Shown here: one piece after another, positions 9,834-20,210 of the stretch
How positions within the stretch are numbered: position 1 is the stretch's first letter
Layout: each line of letters opens with the position of its first letter
Assembly (NCBI GenBank): GCA_963719315.1
Contig: CAVRBU010000006.1
Coordinates: 96,001-160,000, forward strand
From: an uncultured Planctomycetota bacterium
Lineage (GTDB): Bacteria; Planctomycetota; Planctomycetia; Pirellulales; Lacipirellulaceae
Reading direction: 5' to 3'
Length of the DNA: 64,000 bases
Made by a program: the position numbers and the translations under genes
Notes under the pieces: generated by a model
Database searches by the model: none
Seen by the model: the letters and a program-made list of their open reading frames with translations, nothing else
Told to the model about the DNA's origin: nothing

Positions 9834-11177
9834 ATGTCATTCTCAACCGATCGACGCAGATTTCTTCAAACCACGGCCGCAGCCGGCTTGGGCTACTGGG
9901 TGGCCGGCGGAGTCGAAGCGGCAGCGAGCACTTCGCCCAACGAGCAAATCCAAGTCGGCTGCATCGGCGTCGGCGGCAAAGGTCAGAGCGACGTCCAGAA
10001 CATGTCGAAGCTCGGCCAAATTTATTCGCTCTGCGATGTCGACGCTACGACACTCGAAGGACAGGTTCACGCCTACAAAACCGAGCACAACTTCAACGAT
10101 TTCCGCGAAATGCTCGACAAGGTGGGCGACAAGATCGATGCCGTGACCGTGAGCATACCGGATCACAACCACGCCGTCGCGGCTGCGAAGGCGATGAAGA
10201 TGGGCAAGCACGTGTACTGCCAGAAGCCGCTAACGCATTCGATATGGGAAGCTCGCCGGCTGGCCGAGATCGCCAAAGAGAAGGGCGTGGCCACGCAGAT
10301 GGGCAACCAGTACACAGCGTTCAACCCGATGCGGAAGGCGGCCCACCAAATCCAGGAAGGCCAACTCGGGACCGTGAAGGAAGTTCACATTTGGACCAAT
10401 CGTCCGATCTGGCCGCAAGGCGAAGACCGCCCACCCTCGAAGCCCGTTCCTCCAACGCTCAACTGGGAGGCCTGGATCGGCCCCGCGCCGTTCCGCCCCT
10501 ATGCCGACGGTTATCACCCGTTCAAGTGGCGCGGCTGGTGGGACTTCGGCACCGGTGCGCTGGGCGACATGGCTTGCCACACCTGCAACTTGCCGTTCAT
10601 GGCCTTGAACATGCGCGATCCGGTCTCGGTCGAAGCCGAATGCCCCGAGCACAACCGCGACAGCTATCCGCCGCGATCGAAGATCAAATTCGAATTCCCC
10701 GAGCTGAACGGCCGCGCGGCGTTCACGATGAATTGGTACGACGGCGGCAATCTCCCGCCGCACGAACTGTTCAAAGACGTCACGCTGACGACGAAAACGG
10801 ATCAGGGGCAGCCCGTGCCGCCGCCGTGCGCGAGCGGCGTGCTCCTTATCGGCGACAAAGCGACGATGTATGCCGCCGGCGACTACGCCGAGCAAGGAAT
10901 TCAAATTGTCGGCGACGTGAAGGAGCTCGACGTCGATTACCCGCGTAGCCCCGGCCACGAGAAGGAATGGTTCATCGCCATGCGCGACTCGAAGAAGCCG
11001 GCGATGTCGAATTTTCCGAACTACTCGGGGCCGCTGACCGAAACGATCCTGCTCGGCAACCTGGCGGTGTACAAGCGCGGCAAGGTGGACTGGGACCCGG
11101 TGAACCTCAAGCCGCTGAACGATCCATCGCTCGCGAAAATCGTACACCCCACGTTCCGCGATGGGTACGAAGTGTAG
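9834..11177 (+). CDS. Tat-exported Gfo/Idh/MocA oxidoreductase
   Basis: DRRRFLQ Tat motif, IGVGGKG, PDHNHA, HVYCQKP, GALGDMACH. Confidence 0.92.
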   Translation: MSFSTDRRRFLQTTAAAGLGYWVAGGVEAAASTSPNEQIQVGCIGVGGKGQSDVQNMSKLGQIYSLCDVDATTLEGQVHAYKTEHNFNDFREMLDKVGDKIDAVTVSIPDHNHAVAAAKAMKMGKHVYCQKPLTHSIWEARRLAEIAKEKGVATQMGNQYTAFNPMRKAAHQIQEGQLGTVKEVHIWTNRPIWPQGEDRPPSKPVPPTLNWEAWIGPAPFRPYADGYHPFKWRGWWDFGTGALGDMACHTCNLPFMALNMRDPVSVEAECPEHNRDSYPPRSKIKFEFPELNGRAAFTMNWYDGGNLPPHELFKDVTLTTKTDQGQPVPPPCASGVLLIGDKATMYAAGDYAEQGIQIVGDVKELDVDYPRSPGHEKEWFIAMRDSKKPAMSNFPNYSGPLTETILLGNLAVYKRGKVDWDPVNLKPLNDPSLAKIVHPTFRDGYEV

Positions 11178-11199
11178 ACGACTCGTTCCGAGCTTGTGA

Positions 11200-11259
11200 G
11201 TAGGGTGGGCATTGCCCGCCACATGATGTTGTACCGTTGGTGGGCAATGCCCATCCTAC
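11200..11259. repeat. GTAG-type REP doublet (GGGTGGGCATTGCCC)
   Basis: GTAGGGTGGGCATTGCCCGCC ... GGTGGGCAATGCCCATCCTAC between convergent genes. Confidence 0.85.
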
Positions 11260-12915
11260 TAAAACAGTTGTTGATTCTCCGGCGGCGGCGGTTGTCCTGG
11301 CGGTCCATCAAGCGGATTTTCCGGTCGCCGCTGCGGACGGGCATCCTCCGGTAGATCGTCCGGCGCATCCGCGCCGTCCGTCTGGGCCCGGCGGTCGCTC
11401 GCGATCGAATCTGCCGCGCACAGGCCCGTCGGGTCTAAACGATTCGTCCGGTGGCGGTCCCTCGGGACGGCGATCGGGACCAGCGCCCGGCCGACCACCT
11501 TCTGGAAGCCCCGGTCCGCGCGGCCCGTTGCGCCGACCGCGAACCGCTTCTCCAAAATCGTGCAAGATTGGCCAGCGATCGTCGATATGCAATTGTGATC
11601 TTAGATATAACCGCTCGAGCTCGGAATTCATTTTCGCTTTCGGCATGTTCAGCAACTCTTGTTTCTTGTCGTAGGATAGGGTATCGCTCGCAAAAAATTT
11701 CTCCAGGTCCGCTGGCCCCCACTGCGTCTGCATCGCTTCGTGAATCCAGGCCGAAAGCTGGCCCCAGCGCAGATCGCGCCGCAATAGCTTATTCCAATGG
11801 TCGTTTGCATCCTTGCTGAGCTTGCCCAGCAGCCGGTTGACCGTGGCCTCGCTATTTTCATCATTTCGCAGCGCCTCGCGGAGGATGTAGAGTGCCGGCC
11901 CGACGTTGTTGGCTTCTATGCTGGTGACACGAGTGCGCTCAGAGCCCGGCGGCAATTCCTCCAACAGTTGGGCTTTCTTTTCCCTTGCTAATTCGAAGAT
12001 CTCATGGCGCAGCGCATCGACATCCGCTTTCGACAGTTGGCGAGCAGCTTGCTCATTCTCTCGTTGGACCATCATCTTTATGGTATCGACCTGTTGGCTC
12101 GTCGAAAGACTCTGCAAGTCCTTGCGGAGTTGTTCCTGGTCGCCAGCCGTGTGCCGCGGCGACGACAGCCATTCCCCGTAGGCCACCAGCGTCTTTTGCA
12201 ACGCGGCCGCGTCTTTCGCTCCGCCGATCTCATTCGACAGTCGCCTGAGGCGAACGTTCTCCTGAGGATTTTGCCGCAGTTCCTCAAACGCACGAGTCCG
12301 GTCCGCTAGGTCGGCTTTCAATTCCGGCGTCAGCGAATCGACCCACTCGCGCCTGTCGGCAAGCGATGGCGAACTAGCTTGCTTGAAATCGGACACATTG
12401 CGGTCGAACTCCTGATTATCCTTCACGAGTTCGTTGTCGATATTGGCCTGCGACAATTGCCGCAGGAATTCGATATCGCTCACGTGAGACAACGTGTTGA
12501 CCTGTTCAATCACCGGCAAATCGGCCAGCAGCAAATTGTTGCGGTGCACGGCCAGCGCCCGCACCATGACGAATCCCATAACCGCCGCGGCGACGCCGCC
12601 CGCGATCCACCAGCGAGTGCGGTTGCGATTCTCCACGGCCGTTAACCGGGTCTGCTGCGACAGGTCCTTCTCGGCTGCCACGCATGCCAGTTCGATCGTC
12701 GTTCGCGCGAAGCCGTCATCCACGGCGGTCGTCGGCAGTGCGCTCGGCGCTTCCCACGCTTGATCGAGATCGCGAAGCTGCTGTCGATACTCGTCGTCGC
12801 TCGCCAATCGCTCTTCAACGAGGCGGCAATCCTCCGGCCCAAGCTCGCCATCGAGATATGCGACCAGCTCGTCGTGGTTGGACCGTTCGGGTTGTGGTTC
12901 GACGACAGACGACAT
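11259..12915 (-). CDS. Transmembrane anti-sigma factor; probable frameshift near 11375
   Basis: ELVAYLDGEL anti-sigma N-terminus, one TM helix, directly downstream of the ECF sigma gene; the Pro-rich tail continues in another frame to 11259. Confidence 0.75.
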
Positions 12916-12919
12916 TCTT

Positions 12920-12977
12920 GTAGTCCAGGCTTTGCCTGACGCTCGCGCAGTTGTTGTCAGGCCAAAGCCTGACCTAC
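12920..12977. repeat. GTAG-type REP doublet (CAGGC...GCCTGAC) filling the sigma/anti-sigma spacer
   Basis: GTAGTCCAGGCTTTGCCTGAC ... GTCAGGCCAAAGCCTGACCTAC; related cores at 9752-9801. Confidence 0.75.
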
Positions 12978-13664
12978 TTAGGTTGTTTCCGATGGTGAAG
13001 GGTGACTCTCGTTGGTTAAATTCGCCGGCAAACCGGTGATCTGTGCGCCGCGTTCCAAATACGGTTGCAGGGCCTCCCGCAAATTGCCTCGGGCCCGCGA
13101 CAACAGCGACTTCACCGCCTGCGGCGTCATGTCCATTACGGCGCCGATATCGGCGTAGCTCATGTGCTCGAACTTCGCGAGCAGCACGGCCATTCTCTGT
13201 CGATCGCTCAAGGAGCCCACTGCTTGTTGCACCGCCGCGCACAATTCCGCCTTATCGAGTTGCCGCGTCGGCATCAGTGCGCTGGCCGCCAGCGCTACTG
13301 CTTCCAGCGATTGCGGCGCCGAATCGTTGATCCTTGGCGCAAGGTGCACCTCTTTGCGACGCGACTTGGTCCGCAGGGCGTTCGACGCTACGTTTCCCGC
13401 GATCGTGAACAACCAGGTCGAAAACTTTGCCCCCGGCACGTACCGCCGGCGGGCCCGGTACACTCGCAAAAAGGTCTCCTGCGTCAAATCCTCCGCCAAA
13501 TCGCGGCCGCCCACCAAATGCGCGAGCAGCGAGAGCACGCGGTTCTGATACTGCAGCATCAACTCCTCGAACGCCTGCGCATCGTCGTCGCGCACCCGCA
13601 GCATTAGCCGAACGTCTGGATCGGCCAGCGTATATCTTTCAGCGGTCGATTCGCTAATCGACAA
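12978..13664 (-). CDS. ECF RNA polymerase sigma-70 factor
   Basis: AEDLTQETFLRVY, FSTWLFTIA and region 4 MSYADIG..M.MT..AVKSLLSRAR. Confidence 0.93.
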   Translation of the reverse strand: MSISESTAERYTLADPDVRLMLRVRDDDAQAFEELMLQYQNRVLSLLAHLVGGRDLAEDLTQETFLRVYRARRRYVPGAKFSTWLFTIAGNVASNALRTKSRRKEVHLAPRINDSAPQSLEAVALAASALMPTRQLDKAELCAAVQQAVGSLSDRQRMAVLLAKFEHMSYADIGAVMDMTPQAVKSLLSRARGNLREALQPYLERGAQITGLPANLTNESHPSPSETT

Positions 13665-13889
13665 CGGTTGCTCGAAGTGGGTGAGAGGAATGGCGGTCGT
13701 CGCCGGCCCTATTCCAGCTTACACGTCGCCCCACCGGTCGGCGAGCCGCGGCGGTGCTGGCAGCATTCGATTCGGCACCCAACAGACTTAACCCCGCTCG
13801 TCATCGCTGGTTTCGTTCCAGAACCGTGGAGCGGCTGGGCACTAAGGTCGCCGAGCTCGGCGAGCCCCCAGCGCTCCAGGACTCGCCTT

Positions 13890-15254
13890 CTACTTCTGAC
13901 CTACGGCGAAAAGGTGATCCACCGTGCGAATGAGCAGCTTGTCGCCCGCGATTGCCGCGGAAGACCAGCAAAACTCGCCAAGGTCGTTGGTGGCTACGAC
14001 CTGCAAGTCATTGCCCGCTTGGATGACAAATGTTTTGCAGTTCTGGTCGGTGCAATAAATCTTATCGCCTACGACAATGGGCGAAGAGGTCAACCCGGCC
14101 GCATCGGGCAATCGCTTGCGATAATGTTCAGCGCCGGTCTTTGCGTCTAAACAGTGAATGAAACCACCACCTTGTTCAACGGTATAAACAAATCCTTGGC
14201 ACAGGGCCGGTGACGCCAGGCGACCTCCCTTGATGAACACGCTCCACGCGATCCGATCGCTGCTGGCCTGTTTCGCGGGGATGCTGATGTCGCCCGACCC
14301 TCCCGGTCGAACCGCCGCCATGCTACCGCCCTGGCCCGTAAGTCGATCGTACGAATCGACAAACAAAAGTTCGGCGTCTCCGACGGGCGTCGTCGCCGTG
14401 CGTCCGCTGCCGTTCATCGACCACAGCAACTCGCCCGACTTGGGATCGTACGACCGCATCTGATTGCCGCCCGCGGTCACCAACTCGGTGCGCAGCTTGT
14501 TGCGCCAGATGTAGGGCGTCGCCCAATTCGATTTCTCATCGCGATCGACGCGCCACACATCCTGGCCAGTCTTCTTATCGAGGGCGACGAGAAACGACTT
14601 CTCATCGTTGTCGCATTGCACGTATACGCAATCGCCATACAGCATCGGCGAACTGCCCGTTCCCCAGCCGAATTGCATGCGGTGCGTGCCGAGGTCGCGC
14701 GTCCACAACGGGTTCCCAGCCAGATCGAAGCAATAAACGCCCGCCATGCCGAAGTATGCGATGACTCGCTCGCCATCCGTCACCGGCGTTTCCGATGCAT
14801 AAGTATTGTTGGCGTGAGTCGTGATCGTCGGCCGCCCTTCGCGAGCTACTTTTTCCCAAACCGTCTGGCCCGTGGCCGCATCCAGGCACATCACCTTCCA
14901 TTTATAAGCGACGTTCGGCGGCGGAATAACGACGGCCCCGCGCGTCAGGAAGTCGGCATAACCCGCCAGCCCCGGACCCTTGTTCTGCGCGTTAGGTTTC
15001 GCCTGCTGATCCGATTCGGCCGTGGTCAAGAAGATCTTGTCACCCCACACGATCGGCTGCGACCAACCGACGCCCGGCAAATCGATCTTCCAAACGACAT
15101 GCTTGTCCGGTCCCCAGTCCAGAGGCAATTTCGCTTCTTTGACGACGCCGTTCAATTCAGCGCCGCGAAATTGGCTCCAATTCTCCGCATGAGCGTACGC
15201 AACAAAAAGACAAGCGGCGAAGCTGCCGGCAGTACAAGAAATGAGTTTGGCCAT
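13890..15254 (-). CDS. PQQ-binding-like beta-propeller protein, secreted
   Basis: ENWSQFRG start, GWSQPIVWGDKIF, repeated LDxxTG..W motifs. Confidence 0.9.
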   Translation of the reverse strand: MAKLISCTAGSFAACLFVAYAHAENWSQFRGAELNGVVKEAKLPLDWGPDKHVVWKIDLPGVGWSQPIVWGDKIFLTTAESDQQAKPNAQNKGPGLAGYADFLTRGAVVIPPPNVAYKWKVMCLDAATGQTVWEKVAREGRPTITTHANNTYASETPVTDGERVIAYFGMAGVYCFDLAGNPLWTRDLGTHRMQFGWGTGSSPMLYGDCVYVQCDNDEKSFLVALDKKTGQDVWRVDRDEKSNWATPYIWRNKLRTELVTAGGNQMRSYDPKSGELLWSMNGSGRTATTPVGDAELLFVDSYDRLTGQGGSMAAVRPGGSGDISIPAKQASSDRIAWSVFIKGGRLASPALCQGFVYTVEQGGGFIHCLDAKTGAEHYRKRLPDAAGLTSSPIVVGDKIYCTDQNCKTFVIQAGNDLQVVATNDLGEFCWSSAAIAGDKLLIRTVDHLFAVGQK

Positions 15255-15357
15255 AGTCTTTCAGCGCTCTGAGCCGCAACGCGGCGACAGCCCCTGAGAT
15301 TTGTCGACAGGAAACCGCAAAGATCCAACGGGGCAACGTCATGTGGCAATAAACTGA

Positions 15358-15440
15358 CGCCCCTTTGGGGCTACAAATCTGATGACGACGGCTACCAGGG
15401 GCTTACGCCCCTGGCTATTCACTTTCGGCCCGTTGGGCCT
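15358..15440. repeat. REP-like element (CCAGGGGCTTACGCCCCTGG)
   Basis: Three consecutive short hairpins in intergenic DNA. Confidence 0.6.
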
Positions 15441-15649
15441 CGGCATGGCGGAACGATCTTCCAACGTAACAGTTTAGCCGATGGAAGGGGCTTCTCGCAT
15501 TACGGCTGAAGCCATCGCCGCGAGAAGCCCTGTAAACAGGGCTTGGTGCTGCTCCGTTGGCCCCGACCAACCCGTCGTAAACGACGGGCCTAAGACCACC
15601 TTCGGTGAAAAGAGCCGTGAACGGCTCTGCAATCCGTTAGCCTGTTGCC

Positions 15650-16396
15650 TTACAACAAACTATCCAACAACAGCCGCATCTTTCGCATCTCCGCCCGATG
15701 ATCGAAGCCTTCGAGGGGCGTCATCTCGACCGAGAGTGCACGCTCGTAACCGACCTTGCTGAGCTGCTGAATGAGTTTGCCGTAGTCGACTTCGCCTTGT
15801 CCCACGCGGACGTGCAGCTTCTGCTTCGTGGAATCGCGCAAGTGAACGTGCTGCACGTACTTCATCACCTTGTCGATCAGGTTGCCCTGGTGTGGGCCCG
15901 TAATGTAATGACTGGGGTCGAGCGTCAGCCGCAGGCCCTTCACGTTGTCGCACAGCACGGTCGCAGTGTCCGGGTCCTGCGTCATTCGGCCAATTTGAGT
16001 TTTGAGACCGACGACTGCGCCTTCCAGCGAAGCGATTTCGACCAACTTTCGCAGCCGCTCGATTTCCTCGTTGAACGGCGTGCCTAGCTCGGAACATGGT
16101 ACGACCAGCGTCACTACCTTGATCAACTTCGCCAACTTGCAGCAGGATGTGAAATGTGTGTAATAGTCGGGTCCGGCCCCGAGTTCGATATTAAGCGCCG
16201 CGATATCCAGCCGATGCGTATCGCGACAGAAGCGGACCGATCGCTCCAGGTCGGAATGAACTTCCGAGGGCTTCAGCCCGCGGCCCGATTCATGAACCGG
16301 CAGCTCGACGGCCGTGAACTGCAGATCGGCGATCGCCTCGAGCGCCTCTTGGGGTGACAAATCGGGGAAACATTCAGTCGATGCAGCAACAAACAC
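15650..16396 (-). CDS. Sugar phosphate isomerase/epimerase (xylose isomerase-like TIM barrel)
   Basis: LTLDPSHY, HVHLRD, GQGEVDY and LSVE motifs. Confidence 0.85.
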   Translation of the reverse strand: MFVAASTECFPDLSPQEALEAIADLQFTAVELPVHESGRGLKPSEVHSDLERSVRFCRDTHRLDIAALNIELGAGPDYYTHFTSCCKLAKLIKVVTLVVPCSELGTPFNEEIERLRKLVEIASLEGAVVGLKTQIGRMTQDPDTATVLCDNVKGLRLTLDPSHYITGPHQGNLIDKVMKYVQHVHLRDSTKQKLHVRVGQGEVDYGKLIQQLSKVGYERALSVEMTPLEGFDHRAEMRKMRLLLDSLL

Positions 16397-16466
16397 GCTT
16401 TCGCTCCTTCTAGATAGTGTGCGTCCACTTTACCGGCCCATGCCTGATTCTGGCAACCCGCAGGCT

Positions 16467-16568
16467 AGACAAGGAGAGGGGGAGACAGAAAGAGGGGGAG
16501 ACAAGGAGATGCGGGTGCGAGCCGAATTCGTGTCTCCTTGTCTCCACCCCTCCTTGTCTCCTTGTCTT
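16467..16568. repeat. Inverted purine-rich repeat pair (AGACAAGG)n...(CCTTGTCT)n
   Basis: Left AGACAAGGAG array, right CTCCTTGTCT array; a lone left-type array at 63666-63707. Confidence 0.75.
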
Positions 16569-16679
16569 TTCTTCCGCCTGCCGCCCGTTTGTCCCGGCGA
16601 CCGCGTGCTCTAGAATAGGGACTGCAACCGCGGCGCCACCTGCCGCTAGCACGCAATTCCGCCAGGAGATATAGACGCC

Positions 16680-17735
16680 ATGGCCCAAGACGACGCTCAA
16701 CCCGTGCCGGTCCGAGAAATCTACGTGCAGCAAAAGCCGAGCACCTTCGGCCGCTTCGGTAAATGGCTCTTTGGAGCACTCGTCGTGGCTGTGATGATCA
16801 TCATCAGCCTGTTCAGCAAGTATTCCAGCTATTTCAGCCCGGCCGACGTGCCGCAGGAGCGGTTTCATTCACTATCCCGCACCGCCACGAAAAAGATCGC
16901 CATCATCGAGGTCAGTGGACCGATCTACGAGGGCGAAGACAGCTTCGCGATGCAGCAAATCAAACGTGTGCGCGAGGACGATAATGTGGTGGGCGTCGTG
17001 TTGCGGATCACCTCGCCCGGCGGCACCGTCACCGGCAGCGACTACATCTACCACCATCTGCGCGAACTTGTCGAGCAGCGCAAGATCCCGCTGGTCGTCA
17101 GCATGGGCAGCGTGTGCGCGAGCGGCGGTTACTACATCGCCATGGCCGTCGGCAGCGAACCAAACTCCATCTTCGCCGAGCCCACCACTTGGACCGGTTC
17201 GATCGGCGTGATCATTCCGCATTTCGATGTCTCCAGCGGCCTCTCGAAGCTTGGCATCTCGGAGGACTCGATCGCCAGCGCACCGCTCAAGGCGATGGGC
17301 GCCCCGACCCGGCCGATGAGCGAGGCCGAGCGCAAAATCCTGCAAGGCCTGGTCGACGCCAGCTTCAAAGAATTCAAGGAGATCGTCGTCAGCGGTCGGC
17401 CAAAATTCAAAGACGACAAGGCTGCTTTGGATAAAGTCACGACCGGCCAAATCTTTACCGCGCATCAGGCACTCGACGACGGCCTGGTCGATAAAATCGG
17501 TTTCATCGAAGCCGCAATCGCCCGCGCCACCGAACTCGCCGGTGAAAGCGCCGACACGGTGCGCTGCGTAAAATACCAACGCCGGCCAACACTCTTCGGC
17601 GAGTTGCTCGGCGCCGATTCACAATTAGCGCCTGCTCGCGGGAACACGGACATCTCCGCGCTCATCGACTTAGCCACCCCACGAGCCTATTTCCTCTGGT
17701 CCTGGTTGCCGACGGCGCTTTCAAATCGAAAATAG
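16680..17735 (+). CDS. sppA: Signal peptide peptidase SppA (S49)
   Basis: ITSPGG, SMGSVCASGGYYIA, TGSIGV, GQIFTA..AL..GLVD. Confidence 0.93.
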   Translation: MAQDDAQPVPVREIYVQQKPSTFGRFGKWLFGALVVAVMIIISLFSKYSSYFSPADVPQERFHSLSRTATKKIAIIEVSGPIYEGEDSFAMQQIKRVREDDNVVGVVLRITSPGGTVTGSDYIYHHLRELVEQRKIPLVVSMGSVCASGGYYIAMAVGSEPNSIFAEPTTWTGSIGVIIPHFDVSSGLSKLGISEDSIASAPLKAMGAPTRPMSEAERKILQGLVDASFKEFKEIVVSGRPKFKDDKAALDKVTTGQIFTAHQALDDGLVDKIGFIEAAIARATELAGESADTVRCVKYQRRPTLFGELLGADSQLAPARGNTDISALIDLATPRAYFLWSWLPTALSNRK

Positions 17736-17854
17736 CATTGCCCAAAAAGTAGGTTTCGCGTGCCGAACGGGACCTGAACTTGCTCGGCATTATCGCGGTT
17801 TCGCTCAGGTCCCTTCCGGTAGAAGGGACCGACTAAGTTATTCTGGGCAAAGCC
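17735..17854 (-). repeat. ~120-bp REPIN/MITE-like element, copy 2
   Basis: Reverse complement aligns end to end with 3133-3253. Confidence 0.8.
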
Positions 17855-17902
17855 CTGTGAAAAACAAATTCGTATTTAGCGGTTAACTTCGAGAATTCGT
17901 CT

Positions 17903-19027
17903 GTGCAGCATCTTTTGAGTTCCATCCATGAACAGCTCGCGCCCTGGATGAAGGAGCGGGGGCAGGGGGCGTACCGGGTTGGCCAGGTGCGGCGGTGGCT
18001 GTTCGGGCAGCGAGCGCGGGATTTCGCGGAGATGACCGATTTGCCGCAGTCATTGCGTGTCGGGCTCGCCGCGGATTTCAAACTCTGGAGTTCCACGATC
18101 GCCCGCCACACGCAAGCCGACGACGGGACCGAAAAGCTGCTGCTTACACTGGCCGATGGCGGGCAAATCGAGTGCGTCCTCCTCCGCGATGAAACCCGCC
18201 GAACGATCTGCATCAGCACGCAGGTCGGTTGCAGCATGGGCTGCGTGTTCTGTGCCAGCGGTCTGGAAGGCCTAGCGCGCAATCTGACCACAGGTGAGAT
18301 CGTCGAGCAGATGTTGCAATTGCAACTTCGCTTGCAGCCCGACGAACGGCTGAGCCACATCGTCGTCATGGGCATGGGCGAGCCGCTTGCCAACCTCGAT
18401 GCGTTGCTGCCCGCGCTCGACGAGGCGACCCGCGACGACGGCCTCGGAATCAGCGCGCGGCGGATCACGATTTCGACGGTCGGGCTCACGAAGGCGATGC
18501 GGCGATTGACGGAAACGAATCCCCGCTATCGACTTGCCGTTTCGCTCCACGCGCCGAACGACGAACTGCGGCAAAAGATCGTGCCCATCGCCGACAAAAT
18601 CCCGCTGGCCGATGTCTTGGTCGAGGCCGACAACTATTTCGACCGCTCGGGCCGGCAACTCACTTTCGAATACGTGCTCCTCGCCGGCCTGAACGACAGT
18701 CCGGCCAACGCCGCCGAGTTGGCCACGCTCCTCGCTGGCCGCACGGCAATGCTGAATGTGATTCCCTACAATCCAGTTGCCGGCTTGCCCTACGTCACGC
18801 CGTCGCAGAACGCTCAGCGAGCGTTTCGCCAAACGCTCGAATCACGCGGCGTAAACGTCCACTTCCGCCACCGCAAAGGCGACGCAATCGACGCTGCCTG
18901 TGGGCAGCTTCGTCGCCGCTCGCAAGCGACCGTTCCATTGGAAGGGGTCGCTGGGGTCAAGTGCAGCGAGCCACCAGTGCAGCTGGGGGGTCGCTGCGCT
19001 CCTCCCCAGCCACCCCCACTATCGTAG
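17903..19027 (+). CDS. rlmN: 23S rRNA m2A2503 / tRNA methyltransferase RlmN
   Basis: CISTQVGCSMGCVFC radical SAM motif, MGMGEPL, SLHAP, IDAACGQL. Confidence 0.95.
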   Translation: MQHLLSSIHEQLAPWMKERGQGAYRVGQVRRWLFGQRARDFAEMTDLPQSLRVGLAADFKLWSSTIARHTQADDGTEKLLLTLADGGQIECVLLRDETRRTICISTQVGCSMGCVFCASGLEGLARNLTTGEIVEQMLQLQLRLQPDERLSHIVVMGMGEPLANLDALLPALDEATRDDGLGISARRITISTVGLTKAMRRLTETNPRYRLAVSLHAPNDELRQKIVPIADKIPLADVLVEADNYFDRSGRQLTFEYVLLAGLNDSPANAAELATLLAGRTAMLNVIPYNPVAGLPYVTPSQNAQRAFRQTLESRGVNVHFRHRKGDAIDAACGQLRRRSQATVPLEGVAGVKCSEPPVQLGGRCAPPQPPPLS

Positions 19028-19555
19028 CGTCAGTTGGTAGAACCCAATCTCTTTCACGGGCGCATCGGTGAGCACCTGATTCACCACTTGCTCGATCCGT
19101 TCGCGAAATTTCGCAAGCGTGGGGTCCGTCAAGTCCTCGCGCGTACTTTGACGCACGGCCGCGAGTGTCTCGTGTCGCACGAGGTATTCATCGGTCTTGA
19201 GCTGCCTCTTAACGGCGGCCAGCCGCGACCGTGGCACAGTGCCGAAAATGTGTAAATCGAGCGACGTGAAAATGTTCGTGTTCGGGTCGCGGGGCAACGT
19301 GGTCTGATACTCGCCCAAATCAACCTCTGCCAGACTCGCGTCGAGCGCCATCGACTGCGCCTGTTTCAACAGTGTCTCGCCGTTGTAACACCCGCCAGAT
19401 ATTCCAAGCACCAGCGGCAGGAGCAACCACCAAAACGTATGAGTGTCATGCTTTCCCGCCGCGGCGGGTAAGCATGTAAGCGCATTCGCCGCGACATGCC
19501 TAAGTCGCCGGCCGGCGAAGGCATGGCACCCAGTGAATCGAATTGATAAACGCAT
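19019..19555 (-). CDS. FliL-like putative lipoprotein 1
   Basis: EVDLGEY...VRHETLAAVRQSTREDLTDP.LAKFRERI...V.EIGF pattern; lipobox-like ISGGC; start codon uncertain. Confidence 0.65.
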   Translation of the reverse strand: MRLSIRFTGCHAFAGRRLRHVAANALTCLPAAAGKHDTHTFWWLLLPLVLGISGGCYNGETLLKQAQSMALDASLAEVDLGEYQTTLPRDPNTNIFTSLDLHIFGTVPRSRLAAVKRQLKTDEYLVRHETLAAVRQSTREDLTDPTLAKFRERIEQVVNQVLTDAPVKEIGFYQLTLR

Positions 19556-19722
19556 TGCTGGAGGCATAAATTGATTTGTCGCCGGCTAAATGGCACAAAA
19601 CGGGCAATCGTTAGAATCAATACGGGCGTTCGGCGGCGCATCATTTCACCGCCGACTATGGAAAAGCATAGGCCGCAATAGCCGGCCGCGCGCGACGTAT
19701 AGTTTTCACGGAGGGCAAATCC

Positions 19723-20193
19723 GTGATTGGGAAAATCTATTTATTGGCCATGTCGTGCGCCGCAGCCATGTGCTGCTGCGCCGTCGCGGGATGCGGCTCA
19801 AAGCCGACATTCAAGTTCAAACAAATGGATTTGCTCCCGGCCGAAGAGGAGCTGACCGAATTTCCGCTCGGAAAGTACAAGATTCCGATTTCTGTCGCCG
19901 AGGACCGCGGCAAGAACCAACCCATTCGCCGCAATCGTTTTCAATTCGATTTCGAGTTGTTCGCCTTGGTTTCGCCCAAGGAGCAGTCGCAGATCGCCGA
20001 CGCTTGGGAACTGCACGAGGGTGTGATTCGCGATCGGGTCATGAATACCTGTCGCAGCGCGTCGGTCCGCGAGTTGCAGGAACCCGAATTGGCCACGTTG
20101 AAAGCCCGGCTGACGGATGTGCTCGCCACACAGTTGGGCGAGAAGCGGTTGCGGCAATTATTGATCACCGATATCGTCAGCCAGGAATTGTAA
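19723..20193 (+). CDS. FliL-like putative lipoprotein 2
   Basis: EFPLGKY...IRDRVMNTCRSASVRELQEPELATLKARL; lipobox-like VAGC. Confidence 0.7.
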   Translation: MIGKIYLLAMSCAAAMCCCAVAGCGSKPTFKFKQMDLLPAEEELTEFPLGKYKIPISVAEDRGKNQPIRRNRFQFDFELFALVSPKEQSQIADAWELHEGVIRDRVMNTCRSASVRELQEPELATLKARLTDVLATQLGEKRLRQLLITDIVSQEL

Positions 20194-20210
20194 CCGCGCG
20201 AAAGTTTGCA

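Noticed and set aside
12916..13242. N-terminal extension of the anti-sigma ORF overlapping the sigma gene
   Set aside because: It passes through the sigma CDS and a REP doublet; the ATG at 12915 gives a normal anti-sigma N-terminus.
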